64,000 nt of DNA. Origin: Lama glama. Lineage: Eukaryota. Positions 52,600-64,000 of this stretch are shown in pieces. The stretch is taken from NCBI GenBank assembly GCA_028534125.1, contig CM052816.1, positions 89,344,001 to 89,408,000 of the forward strand, in the 5' to 3' direction. Both the position numbers and the translations under genes were made by a program. Below the pieces are notes generated by a model. The model searched no databases. It was not told the origin of the DNA and saw nothing but the letters and a program-made list of their open reading frames with translations. The stretch's first letter is position 1, and each line of letters opens with the position of its first letter.

Positions 52600-54262
52600 T
52601 GTCTGCTTTATTGAGAGGTACAATTGACAAATAGGAATTGCCTGTATTTAAGGCAATTCCTTGATGTTTGATATATGTGTACATTGTGAAATGACCACCA
52701 TGATTAAGTTTATTAACATATCCATGACCTCACGAAGTTACCATTTTCTGTATGTGTATGTGCACATGAGGAGAAGACTTAAGATCTGCCCTTTTTAGCA
52801 AGGGTCAAGGATACAGTACAGTGTTGTTCACCGTAGTCACTATGCTGTATGTTCAGTCTCCAGAACTTCTTCCTCTTGCATAACTGAAACTTTGTGCCCT
52901 TTGAGGAACATGTCCCTATTTCCTTTCCCCACACCCGCCCCGGCAGCCACCATTCTACTCTCTGCCTTATGAGTTTGAATATTTTAGATTCCACATATAA
53001 GCCAGGTAAGGCAGTATTTATCTCTGTATCTGACTTATTTTCCTTAGTCTAATGTTCTTCAGGTTCATCCATGTTGTTGCAAATGGCAGGATTTCCTTCT
53101 TATTTTAAAGTTGAAATATATCTGTATCTGTATCTATATCATTTTCTTTATCCATTCATCTGTTAGTGGACAATTAAGTTGTTTCTCTATTTGACTACTG
53201 TGAATAATAGCCTGTGAGTGCAGATATCTCTTCAAGATAGTGATTTTATTTCCTCTAAAATGAAATCATATCTTTTATCTCATTTTATATGTTTAATACA
53301 TACACATACACCAAAAGTGGGGTGGCAAGATCATACAGTAGTTCTTTTTCAAATTTTTTGAAAAACCTTTATGCTGTTTTTCATAATGGCTGTGCCAATT
53401 TACATTTCCACCAACAGTGAATAAGTGTTCCCTTTTCACCACTCCCTGGCCAATTCTTCTTATCTTTTATCTGTTTGATAATGACCATTCTGACAGGTGT
53501 GACATGATATTTCATTGTACAATTGATTTGCATTGTCCTGATGATTAGTGATGTTGAGCACTTTTACTCATTGGCCATTCGTATGTCTTCTTTTTAGAAA
53601 TATCTGTTTATGTGTCCTCTCTCTCTCTCCTTTTTCTTTTTTTGCTATAGAGTTGCATGAGAGCCTTATGTATTTTGTATAGTAACTCATTTCAAATATA
53701 TGGCTTGCAAATATTTCTCCCATTTTAAATGTTGCCTTTTCACTCTGTTGATTGTTTTCTTTGTTGTGCAGAAGCTTTTTAGTTTGATACAATTCCATCT
53801 GTCTATTTTTGCTTTTGTCATGTGTGCTTTTGTTATCCTATCCAAAAAAAACCATTGCCAAGACCAATGTCAGGAAGCATTCTTTATGTTTCCTTCTAAG
53901 TAGCTTTACAGTTTCAGGTTTTAAGTTTAAGGCTTTAAGCCATTTGGGGATGCTTCTTGTATATAATGTGAGATAACAGTCCAGTTTCATTCTGCATGTG
54001 GTTACCTAGAATGTCTTAGTTTATTTCTGGGATCTTTATTCTGTTCCATTGGGGTATATCTGTTTTTATCCCAACACCACACTGTTTTAATTACTGTTGT
54101 TTTGTAATATATTTTGAAATCAGAAAGCGTGATGCCTCCAGGTTTTTTGTTCTTGTTCAAGCTCACTTTTGCTATCCGTGATCTTTTATATTTCCATAGG
54201 TATTTAGGGATTTTGATAGAGATTGCATTGACTCTGTAGATCACTTTGTGTAGCATGGACAT
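52600..54262 (-). mobile_element. L1MA9-like 5'-truncated element
   Basis: ttattgagaggtacaattgacaaa...acattgtgaaatgaccacc...; ORF2 C-terminal remnants (ORFs 53568-53798 and 54002-54262). Confidence 0.88.
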
Positions 54263-54565
54263 ACAGTGTATTTATGCATTAGAAATATTTATTATTAACA
54301 TCAGCAAAATAGTAAACCATATACTATTTCTAGATAAAAGAATATATTGGATATGGAGAATAATGAGTAGAAAATGTGCCATCATGTTAAAGAATTCTGA
54401 AGTCATTTGATCTTGACACTTTAAAAATTCTCATTTTGTGGACTAAAGCTTAGAATTAAGGCATTTTCATCTTTTCAAATTATTCAAGTCACATTAATTG
54501 GATTTAGGGAGAATAATTTCTTGTATAATTAAATAGTGCTTATTACTTCTAAATTTTGTATAACT

Positions 54566-55040
54566 TATGGAAATAAATTAAGACCAACCAAATGAGAACA
54601 GGCAAAATCCATTTATTCAGAGTTTGCTATGCAAGTTAAGCGTTATCGCTTGTATTTTGCTAGAGGCTTGAAGGCAGGCAGGGGAATGGGAAAGCTTTAT
54701 AGTGGACAAAAGGAAATGCTTCAAGAATGTTATGATTGGAGGTCATTGATATGGGGATTCTGTAGGTGGGTTAAGTCGAAACAGTTCATGCTACATGATT
54801 GGTTACGGATGCATAATTTGCCTTATCTGATTGATCTTAAGTTGAAAGTGGAGAAAAATTAGGGAAACTGAAAGTTACTAATCAGGTTGTGGCCATTTGA
54901 GACTGATTGTTATTATTTGACTTTCTGGATTGTTGCTAGTGAGAGTGATTTGATTTCCTACAATCTGGCTTACAGAGAGCAGCCTGGATCCTGGGCTGGT
55001 TATTATAGATAACGGATTGGTTTCTAGAACTGATTCTCAT
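54566..55040 (-). mobile_element. Solo ERV-type LTR (family not confidently named)
   Basis: tggaaataaattaagaccaaccaaatgagaacaggc...tttattcagagtttgctat... with repeated gattgg (CCAAT) boxes. Confidence 0.6.
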
Positions 55041-57696
55041 TATTAAATGTAAAGAACATCCAGATTCTCATTTGAAAGTACTAACTATATTAAAATCAAG
55101 TACAGAGCCTAATCTTTGTATTTGGTAAAGTATAGTCATTATTCAGAAAAGCGTCGAAGGATAGCTGGGAAGAAACCTGTTAATAAATGCCTTGGACTTT
55201 AATCAGGAAGACCAAACCCATTGCCATTTAATTCAGTAGAATGAGTCTGTGGGACGAGTTGAAAAATGGTAGGAGAAATGAAAAGCCAAACAGTGGACGA
55301 AATAGGCAACCTCTGAAGGAGGTTAGCATCCCTGAGGCTGGGAGGGTAGTGTTACCTGACCCCAGGAGCTGGGCTTCCGTGCATGGACATGGGAAACACT
55401 AATCAATGTCAATGACAGGTGTTAGGTTCTAGCAAACAGAGCAGAACAGGGTAGGAAACTAATGTGAGAGCAACATGCAAATGTATTTAGAAGATACATA
55501 AGACTGGTGCGAATATGATAGTCTAGTAACTTTTTACAGCAGCCCATTTACTCTGTACAGAGATCAAGAGGATTGTGAGCATTCTGTAAGGGTACAGAAG
55601 AGCCCAATGTTGCTGCCGGTATCTGTAGATTGCTTCTCCCTAAGTATTTCATACACACCTTCATCTCACAAAATATATTTACTGATTTGGTCTTTGGCTA
55701 TGATGTGTGTGGGGAGTGTGAGCTATAATGCTGCCTCTCTCCAAGTAGATGCATCTGGACTGCTGTTACATACTACCAAGGAAACGCACAAGAAAAAGGC
55801 AGAAGATACTGTAACTACTGACACTTGACAGATCAGGACTGGATGGAACAACTGAGTGTATGGAAGGAATGTAACATATCAAAACAGATAGGGCCACTCT
55901 TGAAATATACATTTTCAAATTGGCAACTATTTAAACTTTTTAAACCTCAAAATGTAAAATGTCATTGAATGTAATTATCTCAGTAGATTTATCTTTTTAT
56001 TAAATTAAATGACATATAGCAGGGGGGTCCCTACATCATTGTCACTAAACATATATTATCTCCTTAATTATTATTTTTTTCATTTAAGGGACATGATATA
56101 AAATTTACTTGAATAATGTCAAATTTCGCATTAGGTAGTTCCATAAAAAGGATCTAATTGAAAGTACACAGAAAGTCACAATAGCTGTGATTTAACGTAT
56201 ACAATTATATGTTAGTGATTTTTTTCTTTGTTTCCCAGATATTTCATAAGAGTTCCTGCAAAGGTTTTGTTGTTGTTGTTTTAATCCAATAACTCTTGGG
56301 TGAATACTCAAAGCTTTATCAAATTATGTGATGACTGGAATACTGTGTTTTTGCTCTGTTGGTGAAATTACAGTCCTCCAGTGTAGAATGAAATTTAAGT
56401 TGTATCTTGACGACTATTGCTTTTTCACAGTCCCTGGAAAAATCATCTGAGAATTAAGCCCTAAGAGATTCCTTCAGATACTCTCAGCCTTCATAAATCT
56501 CCAGCTTATTTTTACTCAGAGTTTTTGCTCAATGTTAATTCACTTGAGATTTTAACAGAGCTGTGAACCCTGACAAGTCATGCATAATGATTTGCAACCT
56601 CAGAGAATATTTGCTTGGTATTAAAATGCCTTATTAAATATTTCAAATTGGTCTTTAGAGACTTTTGAGAAAGTTCACTCTGTTTCTCGTTGATATGTAA
56701 CTTTACAAAATGTGTGCTGTTTATAAAATTGCAGTACAAAAAGAAACCAAATGAAAAGAATGACACAGGGCAGTCCCCAAGGGAAACAAGACTTAAGTTT
56801 TACTGCAGAAAAGATATCTTGAAAGCTTTTTTATGCGCTTGAATCTTTTCAGATTTGTTTAAAACATCAGCTGAGAAGCTCTAATCCCTAATATGGGATT
56901 AGCTAAAAGTACACCATAGGAACTATTTAACATGAAAATATTGTACATGGAATAGCCAGTGAAACTCTCAAATGCAATATGTTTGTGGTTATTGCTTTTA
57001 ATGGAAACAGTTGTAAAAATTGAGAAAGCTTATGTAGCACTTTTTAAACTTTTCTTTGATTGGAAGCCAATTATGTAGGGAGGGACTGTATGTTTAGTAT
57101 CTATTCACCAAATCCATCTATAATAATTTCAAGAGAAGATTAGATTCTTATTTTGACATTCTAGTGGAATAGTGGATTTTTAAGTATCACTTTATATACT
57201 TTTCCTTGGAAATCTAGCACTGTAGAGGATAATAATTTTCTCTTTTCTACTATTTATGCAGTGAGGGCCTATAACATGAACAAAGGAACTGAATTGTCCA
57301 GTGTGGGGTACTTTTCTCAGACATAGATGTATCCATACTGATAATTTTTTTTTTCATTTAAACTTTTAACCAGGAATAAAAATTCTTCCTTAAAATGACC
57401 AACATGACTGATTAATTTACCTAGAAACACCAACAGGTAGATCACTAGTAATGCCTAATAGTCAAAAAAAAAAAAAGTAAATACCACTAATTTTGACCTA
57501 ATTTAATTTTATCTACTTGCAAGATTAACTTTTGATTTTGTCTCATGTATGATGTATCTGGCATCAAACAGCTTAGGATATGATTCATCGTTCTTTTCTT
57601 GGCTTGTAACTTCAGACTCTTGTCCAAAGTCAGTTAAAGAACAACTATAAATTCTGAGAATAAATGTCACTTCTTCCCACTGCAATGGTAACACAA

Positions 57697-58189
57697 TGTA
57701 TTCATTTGCTAGGGCTGCTGTACCAAAGTACCTCCAACAGGGTAGCTTAAATAACAAAAATTTATTGTATCACTGTTCCTAAAGCTGGATGTCTGAGGTC
57801 AAGGTAGCAGCAGGGCCATGTTCCCTCTTAAAGCTCTGGGGAAGACTCTTTTCCAGGCCTCTCCTCTAGATTCTAATGATTTGCTGACCACCTATGACTT
57901 ACCTGGGCTGGTGGAAATAACACCTTGATCTTTGCCTTCATCTTCACATAATGTACTCCTGTATGTGTGTGTGTGTGTGTCTGTCTGTCTGTCTGTATCC
58001 CTCCAAATTTCCTGTTTTTATAAGGGCACTTGTCATATGAGAGTAGGGGCCCAACCTACTGCAGTATGACTTCATTTTAATTAATTACATCTATAATGAC
58101 CCTATTTCCAAAGAAGGTCACCTCTCAAAGTACAAAAGTTTAGAAATTCAACATATGAACGTTGAGGGGAAACAGTTGAACTCATAACA
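57697..58189 (-). mobile_element. MLT1 (B/C-like) solo LTR containing a (TG)n(TCTG)n microsatellite
   Basis: tgtattcatttgctagggctgctgtaccaaagtacc ... ccctatttccaaagaaggtcac...actcataaca. Confidence 0.88.
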
Positions 58190-59619
58190 CATCCCCTACA
58201 GAGTTCAATGTTTTTATGATTTATATATTTTAATGAAAAAAAAGCCTCTTTTTCCTAATGTAAAAGAACTTCCAAAAGCACCCATGGTTCTCAAAATGTT
58301 CCCATCAAAGCTTCAAATAAATAAGAAAGTAAGATAAGTATATATTTTCCTTTTGATCTAAAACTTCCTTACCAATTCTCCTTGATAAGAATCTCTGAAC
58401 AATTGGTGAAGGGATTGATCTTCCACCCCTGCTGTTTAACTACTCCTGCTGTATTCAGGTTGACTTTTGGTTGAGCTGTGCTGTTCATATACCTCTTCTT
58501 CCTTCTGCCAACAATCTGAGTACTCAGAGTGGCAGGCTGATGCCTTCAGATGCCACCAAAGTACAATGGTAGAGGGTAATTTGCTGTTCTTTGCTTTGCA
58601 CACAAACAGAATTGCCTGGTACCCAAGAGACCAACTGTATAGGGCTGGGTGTAATTGATAGTGACCATACTTTTCGACCTGGGTGGATAGTTAGTATATT
58701 TTCTTTTTCTCCCTGGAACTCTTTTCTGCTCTGCTCACTTCCTTATTCTACTTTAAACCATCAGTTAGTCAGCATCACTATGCTACCTCTATTTCTTTCC
58801 TTTCTCCTTTTCTCGGTGTTCTTTATTTCACTTGTCACTTGTCATTCTTGTGTCTCAGCTCTCACTTACCAAGCTTGGACTTTAATGACAGCTCAAGCCA
58901 GGCAGGGCACTCCTTTCCTTACGTGTGGTGATCCATCCTGTCACCGTAAATGACACGTGATCTGTCATTATTTACCTTCCCTGGCTTTCTCCGTGGAATG
59001 GTTGCTTTGGGGCTACTGTCAAGACATTAAAAATGTTTAGTCTAAATCACTGTGTAAGGCCAGAGCAAGTTTTAAAACCTGAGGATTTTGTAAGTGTGGT
59101 TACTTAAAAGATGGCCATTATTTTACCACTTTCTATCTAGACCGCTTTTCCTGAATCCTAGTAATTCTTATAGGCAGTACTATCAGCATTTTTCCTATAA
59201 GAGCGAAGATTTGACTGTTATATTTTATAATTTTTTTCACCACAGTTTGGGTTTTTACACTTAAGAGTCTGACCTGGGTACCTACTATGGATTTTAATTT
59301 TTTTCAATGAGGAACAAAATGAAAATGCCTCCTAACCCAACATTTTTACGAAGTATCTTACCTACTAAACAAGTTGGAAAGTTGACTGTGAGTATGAAGC
59401 AAGTGTTAAGACATCACGGAAAAAGTTCTTAATGTTCTATAATCATAATATTAGTAATAAAAGAGATAGTCTACATGTGAGTAGCACTGGTAATTTTATC
59501 AAGCCAGAAATTGTAGTGCGATAAATGAGAAAAGTCCTGGTACACACACAAACCCAAGGTAGGCTCTTTACAACGATATCATAACCAGGTTATTTAAATG
59601 ACTTACCAATCTTTAGATT

Positions 59620-60280
59620 TCCCTAGTTTTACCTGTGTGCATGTTTGTGTTTAGTTTTATGTAATGCATCACCTGGACATGTTCATGTATCCAGAATCAA
59701 AATACTAAACAGTTCCAGCATCTCCAGGATCCCTGTGTTGCCCTTGTATAATCAAACTCACCCCCTTTCCACTTCTTCTCCCCCCAGACCCTGACAACTA
59801 CTAGTCTGTCATCCACTTGTAAAATTTCATCACTTCTAGAATGTTAAATAAATGGCATCATATAGTGTACAATCTTTTGGGATGGTTTTTTTCCCCTCTG
59901 AGTATAATTCCCTGAAGACTCATCCAAGCTGGTGCATATATCAATAGTCTGCTCATTATTACTGCTGAGTAGTATTCCGTGGCAATAATGCACCATGTTT
60001 TTGTTTTTTTTTAACCATTTTCCCATTGAAGGACATCTGGGCTGCTTCCAGTTTGGGGCTACTAAGAATAATGTAGCCATGAATATTTGTAAATAAGTTT
60101 TTATATGAACATATAATTTCATTACTTTAACATAAATGCCCAAGAATACAATTTCCTGGGTTATATGGTAAATGTGTGTTTGTTTTTTTGAAGAATCTGC
60201 TAAACTTACATTTCCACCAGCAGTGTGTGAGTGGCCTAATTTCTCACTAGAATTTGATATCACTATTGTGTTTTATTATC
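59620..60280 (-). mobile_element. L1MC-like 3' fragment
   Basis: ORF 59844-60263 with APNWKQPRCPSMGKW; ccctgacaactactagtctg 3'UTR motif. Confidence 0.8.
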
Positions 60281-60427
60281 CACAATTAGAAATATCTTTT
60301 GGATATAACACAGTCAGCTCTTTCCTTCTCAGTCTGCATAGTTATTAATTATATGTTTGCTTAGCGTCTCACTGTAAAAATACTACTTAGAGGCAAAAAT
60401 CATGGCATCTTATTACAAATCTATATA

Positions 60428-60610
60428 CAATCGTCCCTCAGTATCGGATACCAAAATCTGCAGAAGGTCAAGTCCCTTAGCTAGCCTTCTATTTCCATAT
60501 CCATGGGTTCCACATCCAGAAATTCAACCACTGTGGATCACAAACATAGTACATGATCAGTAGTTGATTGAATTTGTGCATGTGGAACCATATATATAGA
60601 GGATCTGCTG
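60428..60610 (+). mobile_element. MER2-like MITE
   Basis: ta|CAATCGTCCCTCAGTATC...ggataccaaaatc...CTG|ta. Confidence 0.65.
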
Positions 60611-61550
60611 TACATTTATGATCTGCAAACTTGGCTTCCTAAATCAATTAAGTTTTCTAGGATCCTTTGAAGGTACAGGACAAGCTTTGCTTCCAGTTGT
60701 GTCTGAATTTCAACACAGAAGTAAAGCTGTAATTAAGCAGCTATTAGACCCTTAACAGGTGTGTCAAACCTAAATCATTGAATTAATTACTAAAATTAAA
60801 AATAAAAAATGTCAGTACTTCCATAGCCCAGTACCAAAATAAAAGTAAATTTTCATACAGGCTCACTTGATTGTGGAAATATTTTTATTTGAAACATAAC
60901 CCAAATTAGTAGGTAGATGTTTTATAGTTAGCCAGAATAAACTATCAAGTATCATTATTAGATGATCCATCAAGTACATTTCATGAATAAATGAAAGCTC
61001 TTAACTACTGATTCTACAGTGAAGTTGTATAGTCCTTAATAGATGTTTGTCATGTTATCCTTAAATCAGTTCTCATTTAGGAATACCTGAAATATGATAA
61101 AGATGTATCTAATTATGCAAATTGTGTTTAAAAGGTGTAAAGATAAAGACACCAGCATAATAGATCCACTAATTTTAGTACCTTAAAATATAGTATTTTA
61201 AAGGTTTTAAATTACATAAATAATTAAACAGATTAAATTATTAATCTTCAAAAATCCACTGTGATAGGTATATCGATACCCTTATAGAAAATAATTACAT
61301 TGGTAGTGTGTAGAAGAGCCAAAGGAGTGAGCTCTGAACTTTGGAGACAAGTTGGGAGACTCATTTGATAGTCTATGTAAGAAATGAAAAGAAATTTGTA
61401 AGAAAATAAAAATTTCCATAGATGATAGGAAATGACTTGAATGTGCTGTTTTGATGCATTGATGATTTAATGTCAATGCAGCCACCCTACTGCCTAATCA
61501 CAAACCACCCCACCTTCAGTTTTCTGAGTAGTTATGTTGCAGGCAATAAA

Positions 61551-61784
61551 CAGTTGACCTTTTAAACAGCATGGGTTTGTATAGTGAGTCCACTCATATA
61601 CGAATTTTTCTATAGTAACTGTTACAGTACTAAACATCTGCGGTTGGTTGAATCCAAGGATGCAGATACAGAGGAACCACTAGTACATGATGTATACAGA
61701 GGGCTGATTATAAATTATCCATGGATTTTTTACCCTGTGGAGGCTTGGTGTCCCCCAACCCCAGCATTGTCCAAAGGCCAACTG
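61551..61784 (+). mobile_element. Tigger2-derived MITE
   Basis: CAGTTGACCTT...TTGTCCAAAGGCCAACTG TIRs; similar to 18188-18407. Confidence 0.8.
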
Positions 61785-62134
61785 CATACCCTCAGAATAG
61801 TTTTCATTTACCCATCAGTTAATAACAATTTGATTCTTGAGCATTGATCCAACCAACCCTGAATATGTGACAGTTAAAAGAGACCATTCACAATGGTACC
61901 AGCACATAAGAACTATATGAAAATACCCGAAACCATGTATTCCATTTTTTGGGCTCTCATTTAGAACATTTGGTGTCAGGGAAAGAAATTGAAGAACATG
62001 TTCGACAGATAAATCAAAGAAATGTAAGAAATTATCACTCTCCAGAGATATTTCAGCATGACCTTTTTCTGTATACAAATAGCTCATGTGCCTAATGCCG
62101 TCACACACTAAAATTTGTTTTCCTGAATGCACAG

Positions 62135-62254
62135 GTACCTCTGTTCTACAGGTGACAGCTACTGATGCAGATGACCCCACCTATGGAAACAGTGCTCGGG
62201 TGGTTTACAGTATCCTCCAGGGACAGCCCTACTTCTCCGTAGATCCTAAAACAG
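62135..62254 (+). CDS. CDH18: Cadherin-18 next coding exon (120 nt; EC2)
   Basis: Acceptor ttttcctgaatgcacag|GT and donor ACAG|gttagt. Joined to the G at 34358 it reads (G)[39 protein letters not shown](G), continuing in frame and carrying the A-x-D-x-D Ca2+-binding motif. Not in the ORF track. Confidence 0.96.
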
Positions 62255-63687
62255 GTTAGTGCATTTATGGATAATTCGTGTGCAGATGCATGTTACAATG
62301 AAAGAAAGCAATGTTTTTATTTCTGTGTACTCTTCTACATTAGACATTGTTATTATAGCACATTTTAAAATGTCCTGACTTTTTCAAAAACAATGTGATT
62401 GAATAATTAAATATACATTAACTGTTCTCCTTAATATTTGATTATCCATTATTTATAACCATACCAGTAAGAAGCTTCTTACCTTTGCATATATCTGTAA
62501 CATTTAAATAAGTGCTATCAGTTTAAAACAGAGTATTATATAATTCTACAGCCCTCAATTATTGTGTAATGAAAACAAAATTAACTGAGGATACATCCAA
62601 AGACATGTAAACTTTTTTTAAAGAAGAATATGAATTCTGCTCTATTTCCTCTATTTTTCTGTGATCAGAAATCATAATCATCATATATTATGAGATGCCA
62701 AAATGATCATGAAAGATACTCAATAATGCAGTATAGGATTATTGTATAGCAGCATAATCTAAAATCCACAAAAAGCTCATGGCCTTATAATTTGTTAATA
62801 CAAATTTGGCTAAGGCTAAATATAAACCCATTTTTAATGTAGCCAACTATTCAGTAAGAAATGTTTCAAGTTTTACAAATACTTTCAAGGATATCCAAAA
62901 CCAGGAGGCTCAGATGAAGTAGAGAGAGATCCAGGATGTTCCAGCAGCTTCCTAGATCCTTGCTGGTCATGTTTCATGCATTCTGAATCCAGTTAACATG
63001 CGAGAACTTCAGGTAAAAGGCACATCAATGTAACTAACACTGAAGAGTCGCGTCTGGTCATAAATATCTCCTTATACTGATAGTTATGTAACATTCGACA
63101 CATTTTTCAGGGAACCCTGAATAGGTCTACAGATTCCAGACTTAGTAACCATTGTCTTAGACAATGAGGTACATCCAACTGACAAGATGCTATGGACAAG
63201 CATTCTCCAGTAGTTAATACCATTAGATTGCTAGGAGGGTTGTCATTATCACATTTACAAGAAGATACCTTCTTTCCTTCACTGGTATGCTCCAGCCCCT
63301 GAGTACACTGGGCAGGAATAGATCTCAGACATACTGCTTAACCCCTTAATTCCCATACCTTATGAAAACAATAAAGAAGGTATATAGAAATAGATATTTA
63401 AATAAAGAATATACATACATATGTATGTGCATTTTTGCATTATAGTTATAGATTAAATTATAATATTTCAGTTAAATAAAAATAAAATTGAGAGATAATA
63501 AAAATAAATAACTCAATGTAACCTAAAATGAGTATGAGACATGCAAGTTCTTGCAGTACCAACATATTACTAAATATGTAGAAATAAAGTGATTATTAAC
63601 CTAGTAATCAAACTTCTGGAGTAAAAATATACATATATGTGTGTATATGTTGTTGTCCTGGCAGGAGACTTTAGAATTAGTTGAAAA

Positions 63688-63795
63688 TATTTTTATTGAA
63701 ATATATTTGACATATAACACTGTAAATTTAAGGGGTACACCCTGCTGATTTAATGCACTTACATATGGTAATATGATTGCTGTTGTAGTGATAGA
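63688..63795 (-). mobile_element. Short L1 3' end fragment
   Basis: tttttattgaaatatatttgacatataacactgtaaatttaagg. Confidence 0.6.
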
Positions 63796-64000
63796 AAATC
63801 TTAAGCCAGCTCATTATTTGATAATAGTGCTGCTCATTTTTTAAATATTTTCCCAATAACCATGTTTGTTTTATTTATGAAAGATGTATATTTCTTACTT
63901 TAAAAATATGCATCTTCCATTACCTTGTTTAGGATTACACACACATTCAAGCACACACATGCACACGTATAAGAATTTACTCAAGTAATTGTCCTTACAG

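Larger units (their letters stand above)
34359..62134 (+). other. CDH18: CDH18 intron (27,776 nt, GT-AG, phase 1)
   Basis: Bounded by gtaaga at 34359 and cag at 62132-62134; the flanking exons splice in frame. Confidence 0.92.

Noticed and set aside
61815..62180. 121-aa minus-strand ORF overlapping the exon
   Set aside because: Antisense shadow with no recognisable protein features.
63980..64000. Window ends in gtccttacag, like a splice acceptor for the next exon
   Set aside because: No downstream sequence to test it, and the next CDH18 intron is much longer in human as I recall; probably chance.

Overview
Mammalian genomic DNA (AT-rich, CpG-poor, repeat-dense). The 3'UTRs of the youngest L1s look camelid-like, but that is an inference. 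The window lies inside the type II cadherin gene CDH18 on the + strand. Two coding exons are present, 34064-34358 (295 nt) and 62135-62254 (120 nt), which splice in frame across a 27.8-kb intron and encode most of EC1 and the first part of EC2. The rest is intron, filled with L1 elements of several ages (mostly antisense), a decayed class I ERV on the minus strand (~3.4-8.7 kb), MaLR and ERV1 LTRs, L2/MIR relics, Tigger2/MER2, MER20 and MER58 DNA-transposon fossils, microsatellites and two 500-N gaps. I see no convincing novel biological system. The most notable observations are structural: an ERV whose RT catalytic core is deleted in frame, a twin-primed (5'-inverted) L1, a tail-less L1 fragment inside a MaLR LTR, a 3'-truncated L1 capped by an inverted duplication, a possible mini 3' transduction, a perfect A-B-A-A-B microduplication, and an N-gap that appears to have near-zero true length. 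Repeat subfamily names come from recalled consensus resemblance, and the boundaries of old repeats are approximate.
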